Shown in pieces: positions 29,744-38,676 of a DNA stretch of 64,000 bases. The notes beneath the pieces are model-generated. The model had not been told where the DNA came from and made no database searches. It saw nothing but the letters and a program-made list of their open reading frames with translations. The stretch spans positions 286,469-350,468 of the forward strand of contig CAVYTU010000008.1 of the NCBI GenBank assembly GCA_963771465.1. Direction: 5' to 3'. Position 1 is the stretch's first letter. The number at the start of each line of letters is the position of its first letter. A program made the position numbers and the translations under genes. This DNA comes from an uncultured delta proteobacterium. GTDB lineage: Bacteria > Desulfobacterota > Binatia > UBA9968.

Positions 29744-32344
29744 TCAAGCTTCTTCCGCGGATTTCTGGACCGGCACGAAGTCGAGCTTGTGCGCGAGCGC
29801 TTCAAGAACATGGTAGAGCAGATGGCCCAAGCGGAATTTCTGGTAGAGAATAGCGCTGCCGTGCGCCCAGCCGATAAATGCAGCAGCCGCGGCTACCGTG
29901 GGCACTCCTAGAAAAGCCGCGAACGCCGCCACCGCAAGGTAGGAACACAGGAACGCGACCGAGATCCTGGACATTCGCAAGGCGCAGCGAACGCGAAGCA
30001 GTCGTTTAGAACCCGTATGATTTTCCGTAGCGGTTTTTATTTGAGCCTTGGCCCAAGGTCCCTGGCAGATTTCCAAGTCCCAATCACTCCAGCCCTGGTC
30101 CATGGCGATGAGATATTTTCGCGGCAGCAGAAAGTCCATCACCGAGTGGAGCAGGCTTTCTTTTTCCTGTCCCTGCTCGTTCCAATACGAGAGACAGAAG
30201 GCGCGCTCCTGCCAACAAATCTGCGGCTCTTGCGTGGGACCGTTTAAATCGACGGGCTTCACCTCCCGAAGTCTGCGCAGGCGCCAGCGGTAGCGTTCAA
30301 AGGTTCGGATCAAAGGTCCCAGGTAGATCAGGAGCGCTATCAGGAGCGTCGCGCGCCCGCCGCGAAATCGTGGCGCTACTCGGGCATTCACCGCAGAAGC
30401 GACACATTGGTAGAGAGTGAGAAACAATGGACAAGTCCCCAGCCAGAAGACACCACCGAAAGCAAATGCACAGGCGAGAAGTAGCAGCGAAATCAAGTTC
30501 CACTCGAGCGTCAATGGCAGGCAAGACACGATCGAGGGAGACGGCTGATAAAGTGTTTGGAAGAGGCCCCGACCGAATACGCCGGAATAGATTCTCGGCT
30601 GACTATTCAAAAGATAAGTCGAGAGGTCGCCATAAATTCGCCCGAACCAACGCGATTGACCGAGCACGTTAAAGCGTGAGGGATGTTTAAAGAACAACAG
30701 CGTCTCGGCCTTGCCGTAGCCGCGCTGCTGCTTTAGGTAATCGCGAACTGTGTTACGGCGAAAGTGCCAGACCACTGCGGCCGGACTAAAGCCGATCTTG
30801 TAACCTTTGTTCTGAAGCCGCCAGCACAGATCGACATCATCGCCGGCGGCGCGAAAAATCGGATCAAATCCGTTGATCGCATCCAAAGCTTCGCGGCGAA
30901 ACGCCATATTACAGCCCGGGATATGCTCAGCGACTTCATCGTCCAACAAAACGTGAGCTGGCGCTCCCGGCGAGACCGCGACGCAAGATGCGACGAATGA
31001 ATCGTCTGGCGGCGACAGATTCGGCCCGCCGACGGCGGCAAACTCCGATGTCTGAAACCGGGCCACGAGATGGGTGAGCCAATCCTCATCGGCGACGCAA
31101 TCGGCGTCCGTAAACGCGATAATTTCGCCGCGGGCGGCATCGATACCGACGTTGCGCGCGGCGCTCAAACCCTGATTTTCTTGGTTAATAAGGCGGATGT
31201 AATCATAGCTTTCGGCAATTTGCCGCGTACCATCGGTCGAGCCGTCATTGACGACAACAACTTCGTAATTGGGGTAATTGAGTTTCTCCAGCGAAGCGAG
31301 ACAATCATTGATCGTTCGCTGGCCATTATACACGCAGACAATGACCGAAACCTTAGGATAGGCGCGAAGCGGCGGCGGCAGCGCACCGTCATAGTATTGT
31401 TGCACTGAAAAAAATGCGGGCTTCTTGCGACGGCTGCGATCGACTAAGCCAAAGGCCCAGTCGTTAACCTGAAACCCGCCATCACCTGATAGCGGGAACG
31501 CGTACCAATCATCAGTCCAAGAAAAGATCACCGTGCCGGCTACGCCCGTCTCAAAACAGGCGCGAAGTTGCCAACCCAGAGTTTCCGCTTGAAAGGCGTT
31601 TCCCTGACGAATCGAATCGATACCGATCTCGGTAAGAACGAGCGGCCGATCGCCCGCCAAGTTGTGCAGGTGCGACAGGTAACGACGGAAGTCCTCCTCC
31701 CGATGCAGATAAACGTTGAAGGCCAGAAAGTCGGCAAAATCCGTTTCGAGGTATTCGGTGGAAGGAAAATTAGCGTAACTTACGAATGCTTGATTATCGA
31801 CGCTCTTCACACAATCTACCAATTCACCAAGAAAAGTGCGTATTTTGTCGCCGCCGTACCAACGGACAATTTCCGGTGGAATTTCGTTACCGACTAAATA
31901 AGCAAACACAGCGGCGTGATAAGCGCATGAGGCAACTGCGCGCGCGACGCTTGCGCGAATATCCGCCTGAGTTCGACGGGAATCGAGGAAAGATATGTGC
32001 TGAGCCCAAGGAATACCGACGATGACTCTGAGATCGTACGAGTAGGCCAGATCGAGGAGCCACTTTGGCGGCGGTGTGAAAGTTCGAATACAATTGACGC
32101 CAAGCTCGCTCATCGCCGCAAAATCTGTTTCGACAAGATCAGAATCCGGGAACGGCACCCCTGCTTCAGTAGGAGCAAAGGGTCCGTAAGTAACTCCCTT
32201 CAAAAAATATTTTTGATCATTTTGAAAGAAATACCGGCCCCGCAGGGAAAGTCTGTCTCTTGAAGTTTTGCTTGGGCGAGAAAATTCTGCGACTGAAGGA
32301 ATCGACATGTTTCTGGTGAGTTCCCCTTCTGTCAAATACATCAC
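29744..32344 (-). CDS. Fusion of a clan GH-A TIM-barrel glycoside hydrolase, a GT2 glycosyltransferase and a C-terminal membrane domain
   Basis: GH: KGVTYGPF, VGNEIP, LTEIG, FSWTDDW, FGLVD. GT2: VSVIVCVYN, NDGSTD, FTDADC, GDDVD, QQRGY. C-terminal TM helices. Confidence 0.85.
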   Translation of the reverse strand: MMYLTEGELTRNMSIPSVAEFSRPSKTSRDRLSLRGRYFFQNDQKYFLKGVTYGPFAPTEAGVPFPDSDLVETDFAAMSELGVNCIRTFTPPPKWLLDLAYSYDLRVIVGIPWAQHISFLDSRRTQADIRASVARAVASCAYHAAVFAYLVGNEIPPEIVRWYGGDKIRTFLGELVDCVKSVDNQAFVSYANFPSTEYLETDFADFLAFNVYLHREEDFRRYLSHLHNLAGDRPLVLTEIGIDSIRQGNAFQAETLGWQLRACFETGVAGTVIFSWTDDWYAFPLSGDGGFQVNDWAFGLVDRSRRKKPAFFSVQQYYDGALPPPLRAYPKVSVIVCVYNGQRTINDCLASLEKLNYPNYEVVVVNDGSTDGTRQIAESYDYIRLINQENQGLSAARNVGIDAARGEIIAFTDADCVADEDWLTHLVARFQTSEFAAVGGPNLSPPDDSFVASCVAVSPGAPAHVLLDDEVAEHIPGCNMAFRREALDAINGFDPIFRAAGDDVDLCWRLQNKGYKIGFSPAAVVWHFRRNTVRDYLKQQRGYGKAETLLFFKHPSRFNVLGQSRWFGRIYGDLSTYLLNSQPRIYSGVFGRGLFQTLYQPSPSIVSCLPLTLEWNLISLLLLACAFAFGGVFWLGTCPLFLTLYQCVASAVNARVAPRFRGGRATLLIALLIYLGPLIRTFERYRWRLRRLREVKPVDLNGPTQEPQICWQERAFCLSYWNEQGQEKESLLHSVMDFLLPRKYLIAMDQGWSDWDLEICQGPWAKAQIKTATENHTGSKRLLRVRCALRMSRISVAFLCSYLAVAAFAAFLGVPTVAAAAAFIGWAHGSAILYQKFRLGHLLYHVLEALAHKLDFVPVQKSAEEA

Positions 32345-32410
32345 ATCCCCCAGTCTGAAATGGGTAACGCGAAAAGGCGAATCTTTCGTGTTTGAATGTG
32401 GCTAAGACAC

Positions 32411-32426
32411 CGCAACATTGATGCCA
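32411..32426 (-). promoter_or_regulatory. Sigma54 (-24/-12) promoter of the glycosylation operon
   Basis: Minus strand TGGCATCAATGTTGCG (GG-N10-GC), about 67 nt upstream of ATG 32344. Confidence 0.72.
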
Positions 32427-32774
32427 TGCTCATGAATAATTATTTTTTGTTGATATTACGGGTGTTTGATTCGATCGAGACACCGTAGACAATGGATTTA
32501 CTGGAGGATTTAACCTGCTCTGAGTGTGGAGAAATTCCTGCTCGCTGGCCGTATGACGTCGGGCCGATCGGCAGCGGAATGATAATAAGGACAGATTAAA
32601 GGAAAAGAGTGCGCGACTTTATTCTTGTGGCTCGGAAATTGAATCGGAAATAGGCTAGTGCCGCACGCCGATGGAATTTGATCCAACAAGACCGTAACTC
32701 ACAATTTTCGTCGACGAACAGGCAAGGAACGGGGAACTTCAATCATCGCCGAGTGAAACGACCTTGACGATTTT

Positions 32775-33839
32775 TTATTTACTCACCGGTGGGCGAAACG
32801 TGGCGAAAACTTTGTCGGAATTTGTGATCCACGATTCTAAAAACAACGATTCGTCCGGCTTGCGATTTAGCGCGGCCATCGCTCCCGCCAAGCAGAACCA
32901 ATTAAGCAGCTCGTGATGGCCGCGCTCTTCGGCTTCCGTCAATTTTGTATTGCGCCAAATTTCCCACTCACCCATGCGCAGCGCTTCGTAGTATCGCCGG
33001 TCCGACTCGACATCAGGATACATGCGACCATGCTTTGCGGTGAGAAAAGAATGGGACCAGCTCGAGGACGCGATCAATGCAACCCGCCATGGACTGTCGA
33101 CCAACGCCCGCGCAGTCGCCGCGCCGATCTGAAAACAGCGCCACGGCTGCGGACCCGGCGGATCTTCGCGGCCTTCGAAGCTTTTCCCTTTCGACGGCGT
33201 CGGCGGTATCCCTTCACTGGCGGTAAGAAAGCGCCCGTAAGCATTGGTGGTAAACGGCACCAGCGGATAGGAAAACCCGTTGCGGTCCCAGTCGAGAAAT
33301 AAAACCGAATTGGCAAACGCGTGGCCCAGATTGGCGTGCAGCGGTTTGTATGCGTAGGCGATATCGAATCCTTCATTCAACAAGCATGACGCAAGATGTT
33401 TGCCGCCCTCGCGATGGCCGCGCACGGAAAAAACTTTTTCCTTCGGCTCGTGCCACGAATTAACGCCGCGCTGGTTGTGGAGCCAAGGTTGGAATTCCGC
33501 GCCGTCGTAAGCCAACACGGAAAACGGCGGCACGCAGTCTTCGCGAAAGTTCTCGAACTGATCGTCGCCCCACATGACGCAGAAGTCTGGCTTGAACTCA
33601 TCCAGCGCGCGCCGCGCCATGCGAAAGCCATCGATCATCTCCAAGCGATGCGCGTCGGAATGTGCTTGGCCGTCGTCGTTACCCCACTGCCGGCGCATCG
33701 GCGCCGGCCAATTTTCGAGCGAGCGCAAATGCTCCGGCAACGCCGGGTCGGCGAGACAAATCTTAATGCGCCGGCAAAGATTCCCCTCTGCCATCAAGCC
33801 CGGATAGTGCGTCACGCCCAGACCCAGTATTTGTCCCAT
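32775..33839 (-). CDS. Extradiol ring-cleavage dioxygenase, LigB (class III) family
   Basis: LGVTHYP, MWGDDQFENF, LGHAF, IASSSWSH, GHHELLNW. Confidence 0.8.
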   Translation of the reverse strand: MGQILGLGVTHYPGLMAEGNLCRRIKICLADPALPEHLRSLENWPAPMRRQWGNDDGQAHSDAHRLEMIDGFRMARRALDEFKPDFCVMWGDDQFENFREDCVPPFSVLAYDGAEFQPWLHNQRGVNSWHEPKEKVFSVRGHREGGKHLASCLLNEGFDIAYAYKPLHANLGHAFANSVLFLDWDRNGFSYPLVPFTTNAYGRFLTASEGIPPTPSKGKSFEGREDPPGPQPWRCFQIGAATARALVDSPWRVALIASSSWSHSFLTAKHGRMYPDVESDRRYYEALRMGEWEIWRNTKLTEAEERGHHELLNWFCLAGAMAALNRKPDESLFLESWITNSDKVFATFRPPVSK

Positions 33840-33988
33840 GGTTGTCTCCCGCGACGAAGCGTTAGATTCATGCCATCCGTGAATTGCCAACCGGAAACTG
33901 GTCTTTTGCTAGACGAGCATCGGAGATTTATCTAGCCACGGATCGGAGTATGACAGTCATGAACGAAGAACCGGTTGGATATCAGCCG

Positions 33989-34016
33989 GAGTTTATCCTG
34001 AGACCGTCGGAAGGGC
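33989..34016. repeat. Degenerate REP-like element
   Basis: GAGTTTATCCTGAGACCGTCGGAAGGGC, resembling the ATCCTGAGC..GTCGAAGG intergenic repeat type and the element at 1791. Confidence 0.35.
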
Positions 34017-34084
34017 CGATGTAATGATATGACAGAGATTCTCGACGGAAGTCTTGGCAGAAAATCTGTCATTACAGTTTCACC

Positions 34085-35137
34085 CTATTGCGCCAGCAAT
34101 TTCTTTGCGCGCTCGATGACCTCCGGAGGAGCGTCGAATATTGCTTTCACCAGCGCCTCGAGTTCTTCGCCGGTTGTCGTATCGATATCCATGCGGCCTT
34201 TTTTCGCCTCGGCCATCACCTCAGGATCGCTCATGGTTTTGAGAAAGGCGTCGCGCAGAATTTTCACTCGATCCGGCGGCGTCCCCGGTGTCACCATGAT
34301 CGGCCTACCAAACTCTCCCGCCGCCAGAAGAATTTGCGATAAGCGGCGGCTGTTGGGCGAAGCCTTATATTGGTCGAAGAGCTCATTAAGCGTCGGCGTG
34401 TCGCCTAGATTGACGTCACGTTTGCGCGAAGTCTGGACCAAATGGCGATCGAAGTTTCGCTTATGCCATGAATCAAACGGCTCCCGGCCAAAATGCGCCG
34501 ACAGACTATGGGAGCGACAAACCACTTCGCCCTTTTCCACCGCGATATCGATCTCGCTGCCGCCGGCGTAACCCAGTACCGTGTTAAATTTTGCGCCCAC
34601 GGTCTCTTCAAGAATTCTCGATAGGATATAATCACTGCTCGCCGTGCCGGTGCTACCGCATTTAGGCGGCTCCTTGGCTTTAATAACGTCGGCGATGCTC
34701 TTGTAGGGAGCGTCGGCCCGCATGTAAGAGACGATCGATTCGACCGCCGGCGAACCGATAAAATGAAACTTGCGCAGGTCAAACTGCGCTTCGGCGCGTC
34801 CGACCAGTTGGTCGATGTAGATGCCGTTAAGAGGCATCACCAGCGAAAGACCGTCCGGCTTGGCTACTTTGTAGACATGGTTGGTGGCGATCACCGACCC
34901 CGCGCCAGGCATATTTTGCGGGATGATCTCCGGCTGACCGGGAATATGTTTGCCCATGAATCGGGCGAACAGCCGCCCCCAGCGGTCATAAAATCCACCC
35001 GTCGTGTTGCCGATCACGAGACGGATCGTTTTACCTTTGTAGTAGGGCTCGGTTTGCGCACGGAGTTCTGGCGCGCTGCTGAGAAAAAAAGCCGTCAGAG
35101 GGAGAATCAAAGCTAGACCAATCCTAAGCATCTTCAT
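34085..35137 (-). CDS. Bug/TctC family substrate-binding protein
   Basis: Signal peptide; YYKGKTIR, GGFYD, NMPGAGS, KPDGL, AVEKGEV. Confidence 0.87.
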   Translation of the reverse strand: MKMLRIGLALILPLTAFFLSSAPELRAQTEPYYKGKTIRLVIGNTTGGFYDRWGRLFARFMGKHIPGQPEIIPQNMPGAGSVIATNHVYKVAKPDGLSLVMPLNGIYIDQLVGRAEAQFDLRKFHFIGSPAVESIVSYMRADAPYKSIADVIKAKEPPKCGSTGTASSDYILSRILEETVGAKFNTVLGYAGGSEIDIAVEKGEVVCRSHSLSAHFGREPFDSWHKRNFDRHLVQTSRKRDVNLGDTPTLNELFDQYKASPNSRRLSQILLAAGEFGRPIMVTPGTPPDRVKILRDAFLKTMSDPEVMAEAKKGRMDIDTTTGEELEALVKAIFDAPPEVIERAKKLLAQ

Positions 35138-35258
35138 GGCGGTGTCCTTTCGCTGCTACGGTCGTTAGTGCGTCAGATCAATTTTTTCGTAAGCTCCTTC
35201 ACTTGAGGCGCTTGAATGGTGGAGCTGTAAAATTCATACGTCATTGCAATACTCCAGA

Positions 35259-37397
35259 TCACTTCGCCAACGGATCGGGCCGCAGCTGAAAGTGCACGGC
35301 GAGCGGCTTGGAGCCCTTGCCGTTTTCCATCAGCCACGGCGCGCGGTCGCCGCTCGAGCTCCACAAGCCGCGGCCTTTCCAGCCGGCTTTGGGATCATCG
35401 ATGCGCCCGTCGAATCCTTTGGCGTAGAAACCGAGCGGATACGGCACGCGCAAAAGGATCATCTTACCGTCCTTTAGGGCGACCAGACCGTTGTGCAAGT
35501 TGGCGGTGGACATCGGCACGTCCTCGCCGAGGCCCAAGATGTTGTGCTGATCGACCCAGGAGTAATAGCTCGACTCGGCGCTGTTTTCGCCGATGCCTTG
35601 AAAGCCAGGCCCGGGATATTGATGAAAGGCCCAGCCCTCGGGGCAATGATCGCCGGTGGCTTTTGGGCCGTTGAGCGGTCCCTTGCACTTTCTACGATCG
35701 AAGCTGGCGAGATGGCCGCTCGATAGCGATGCCCAAACGACTCCCTGTTTGTCGATGTCGGCGCCGCGAATGCCGAATCCTGGCAGCGGGATGTTATAGA
35801 CTTCCGCGAGCGCGGTCTCCGACGGATTGGAGCCGGGTACAAGACGTACGACGGCTCCAGGAAATGTCTGCCAAGATCCCCAAACAGATCCGTCGGCAGG
35901 ACTCGGCATCACGGCGTAGTAGCTTGCCGCGATCCGCTTGTCTTTAGTGGGATCGACCGGTTGGTTTGGCTCGACGAAGTCGTCACGCTTACCGTTGCCA
36001 TTGGTGTCGAGAATAAACGGCGTCCAGCCCTGCGCTTTCGCCGCGTCACCAGTCTCGTCGAATATCTTCATGTCGAGCCAACCGACGACCTGACCACCGC
36101 CGCTAGTCCACAATCTGTCATTGGCATCGAACTGCAAATGATGCGTCCCGTAGCAAGTGTCGACAAACGTGTACTTCATCGTCTTCGGATCCAGCATCGT
36201 CAGGTGTCGACCGCTGCGCTCGGTAGGAAAGGCCTTTGCCGAGGGATGGTCCGAGCCCTTCTTGCAAAAAGCCGGATTGTTCGGACCGCGCACCCGCGCC
36301 GCAAACCAGACGCGTCCGTTACGGTCGAACATGCCGTTGTGGTTGTTCGCCTTGCTTTTCCAAACCTGTTCGCTGCCCCAATAAGGCGACGGCTGCATCG
36401 GCTTTTCCTCAACACCTGGCGTATCGGCGTCGCGCACAGGCGTTTCGAAATTTTTGACGGTGTGCGTTTTCGGATCGAGGATCGGAATGACATCGACGCT
36501 CAATTCAGTCGACCCATATACCGGACCATATGCGTTTACCGTCGGAAAGCGACGATCGGAAGCGATCAAGTCGTGCAAATAGTGCTTGTCATCGAGCCAA
36601 TCCCAGGTCGTCACGACAATGTTGCGCTCGGCCCCTTGCGGCCGTGTGGGTTTGGTATGGGGCAACTCGCCCTTGGCGACGCGGTCGGTCCAGTCGGCCA
36701 AATATTTGATCGGGATGGCGTCGAGTTCTTTGGTCATTCGGGCGAACATCGGCACGCCGCCTTGTCCAGACTGGATGCGACGAAACCACGCCTCCTCGGA
36801 ATTGGCAAACTTGCCCATAGGAAAGGGCACATTCTGGGGAAACGTGCGCGTGGAGCGCGTGCCTATCGCATGGCAGTTGGCGCAGCCGTTTGACTTCATT
36901 TGGTTCAGATATTGATTTTGCGTCAGCTTGGCGCCAGTTTTTCCGTCTCCACCGAACTCGTTCTTCTCCGGAATCTTCATCATCGAATACCAATGAATCG
37001 CCGGATAGAATTCCGCCGCCGCTGCATCATTCGGCGCGACGACTGCTTTTAGATTCAAAATCTTTCCTGGCGCCGATTTGATCTTCGGCGAATCGACTAA
37101 GCCGTAGCCGCGCACCCAAATATCGAAGTTGGCCTTAGGCAGATCGGGTATCACGTAACGGCCGCGGTCGTCGGTGACCACCATCCTGGCGAACCGCGTC
37201 GGCAATTCCCTAGTCTCGGCAATCACCCAAACGCCGGCTTCCGGTCCTTTCGCGCTCGTGACCACGCCGCCGATATCATCCTGGTCAATGCTCACCGAAG
37301 CGGACTGCTGACTGTTGAGTTCAATCGGCGAAAACGCCAGCAACGCGGCTACGCCAACGACTAGCACGCCTAACCCCAATGACGTTGTTTTGCGCAT
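35259..37397 (-). CDS. Secreted protein: carboxypeptidase-regulatory-like domain + c-type heme motif + beta-propeller-like region
   Basis: SD GAGGAG; signal peptide; GPEAGVWVIAET, VTDDRGRY, WVRGYGLVDS; CANCH; YLHD, NNHN, THHLQF, DTNGNGKRD. Confidence 0.75.
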   Translation of the reverse strand: MRKTTSLGLGVLVVGVAALLAFSPIELNSQQSASVSIDQDDIGGVVTSAKGPEAGVWVIAETRELPTRFARMVVTDDRGRYVIPDLPKANFDIWVRGYGLVDSPKIKSAPGKILNLKAVVAPNDAAAAEFYPAIHWYSMMKIPEKNEFGGDGKTGAKLTQNQYLNQMKSNGCANCHAIGTRSTRTFPQNVPFPMGKFANSEEAWFRRIQSGQGGVPMFARMTKELDAIPIKYLADWTDRVAKGELPHTKPTRPQGAERNIVVTTWDWLDDKHYLHDLIASDRRFPTVNAYGPVYGSTELSVDVIPILDPKTHTVKNFETPVRDADTPGVEEKPMQPSPYWGSEQVWKSKANNHNGMFDRNGRVWFAARVRGPNNPAFCKKGSDHPSAKAFPTERSGRHLTMLDPKTMKYTFVDTCYGTHHLQFDANDRLWTSGGGQVVGWLDMKIFDETGDAAKAQGWTPFILDTNGNGKRDDFVEPNQPVDPTKDKRIAASYYAVMPSPADGSVWGSWQTFPGAVVRLVPGSNPSETALAEVYNIPLPGFGIRGADIDKQGVVWASLSSGHLASFDRRKCKGPLNGPKATGDHCPEGWAFHQYPGPGFQGIGENSAESSYYSWVDQHNILGLGEDVPMSTANLHNGLVALKDGKMILLRVPYPLGFYAKGFDGRIDDPKAGWKGRGLWSSSGDRAPWLMENGKGSKPLAVHFQLRPDPLAK

Positions 37398-37599
37398 GTA
37401 TTTCTCCTCGTGAGTTTTCTCACTTCCCAAAAGGCTACCGGAGAGTAACTAATAGCGCGTTGCGGTGTCAAGCTGAGCCTGTCATTCGTACAACCCTTGA
37501 GATACCAGGTGAACCGATGGACAATGCAGCCGCGCCAATCGCTTTATCTGCAGCGAGACCACACGCCCCCTTCCATTGCGCGACCCGTGGGACAGCCGC

Positions 37600-37830
37600 A
37601 ACGAGACGACAAACTTCGGGAAGATGTTTCACCGGAAGAATTCGGCGAGTATCACGCGATCGATTTAATCGGTTCGATGCGAAGGCTGGGCATCACTTTC
37701 GCAGCGCCGCGTCATTCGCTCATGCTCGCGGTGAAGAATGAGATTTTCGACGACCTTCTGATGGGGAATTTTATGAAAACGACGTTGCACGGCGACCCCA
37801 GCGCGCGGTCACTCTATCCGGATTTTAATA
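37600..37830 (+). pseudogene. Remnant of a conserved gene, possibly the C-terminal part of an MBL-fold hydrolase/hydroxylase-like protein
   Basis: GITFAAPRHSLMLAVKNEIFDDLLMGNFMKTTLHG...LYPDF reads as real protein but has no N-terminus and runs into the convergent SOD gene; family assignment is from memory only. Confidence 0.35.
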
Positions 37831-38490
37831 AGAGGCTCCCGAGTCCCGCTCAAGGCTTGACCTCGTCTCCAACTGACAGGCTTGAGTTTCACCGACCGCG
37901 GTCGCTAAAGCAAACCTTTTTTCGCATGCTTCCCAGTCGATGACGCGTAGAAATGCCTGAATGTAGTTGGACTTCTTAGACCCATATTCGACTGTGTACG
38001 CGTGCGCATGGACATCTAACACCAAAAGCGGATAGGCACTTGGGAATGGGTCGAGGTCATGGCCGTCAACCCACGCATTGAACAGTTTGTCCGTAAAGAG
38101 ATCATAGAAAAGCACGGCCCAGCCGTCACCGTCTGTTAGCGCGATAGCGGTAAAATTCTTCTCCCAATCTTCATAAGCGCCAAGGTCGGCGCAAAGCTTT
38201 TTAAAGAGGTTGCTATCGCGATCGGGTACACCGCTGTTTTTGAAGATGCTGCCAAAATATAATTCGTGCAGTTTGATGGCGTTGATGGCCCGAGAAAATC
38301 TTCGCTCGATCAATTGATGACGTGGAGGTGTTTCCGTTTTTCCATCGCTTCGAACTATCCGCAGCATCTGCTCCAATTGGTTGGCTTGCGAGACATAATT
38401 TTTGTACAGCGAAAAATGATCGTTAAGCAGCCGAATGCTAAATCCGGTCGTGCCGACGAGGGAATTAAAATTCGTGACCATGAAGGGCAT
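37825..38490 (-). CDS. Fe/Mn superoxide dismutase family protein (atypical)
   Basis: LNDHFSLYKNYV, KLHELYF, GDGWAVL, PLLVLDVHAHAY, IDW. Confidence 0.78.
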   Translation of the reverse strand: MPFMVTNFNSLVGTTGFSIRLLNDHFSLYKNYVSQANQLEQMLRIVRSDGKTETPPRHQLIERRFSRAINAIKLHELYFGSIFKNSGVPDRDSNLFKKLCADLGAYEDWEKNFTAIALTDGDGWAVLFYDLFTDKLFNAWVDGHDLDPFPSAYPLLVLDVHAHAYTVEYGSKKSNYIQAFLRVIDWEACEKRFALATAVGETQACQLETRSSLERDSGASY

Positions 38491-38676
38491 GGCGTGTCAC
38501 CTCGACCATCGTTGGATATTTATGACGCTGCTGACCCATACCGAATTAACTGATGTAGAGTACGGCAATGACAAACGACACAGCGATCACGGCACAGAGA
38601 ATTTCCGCCAGAACAACTAGGTAATCGAACGATTTTGTCGATCTTATTGGCACTCTGTTGAATCCCCACATAACGC

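Noticed and set aside
14050-32770. Accessory block as an integrative mobile element
   Set aside because: No integrase, transposase, tRNA target or flanking direct repeats were found, so mobility cannot be supported.
3325-35137. Multiple orphan Bug and SsuA-type binding proteins without permeases
   Set aside because: Expansion of orphan solute-binding proteins is a known genome-wide trait in several lineages and is not specific to this locus.
5435-36893. Long antisense or alternative-frame ORFs (e.g. 5632-6426, 8290-9081, 9411-10181, 12734-13483, 35961-36893)
   Set aside because: Shadow ORFs of well-supported GC-rich genes, with no motifs of their own.
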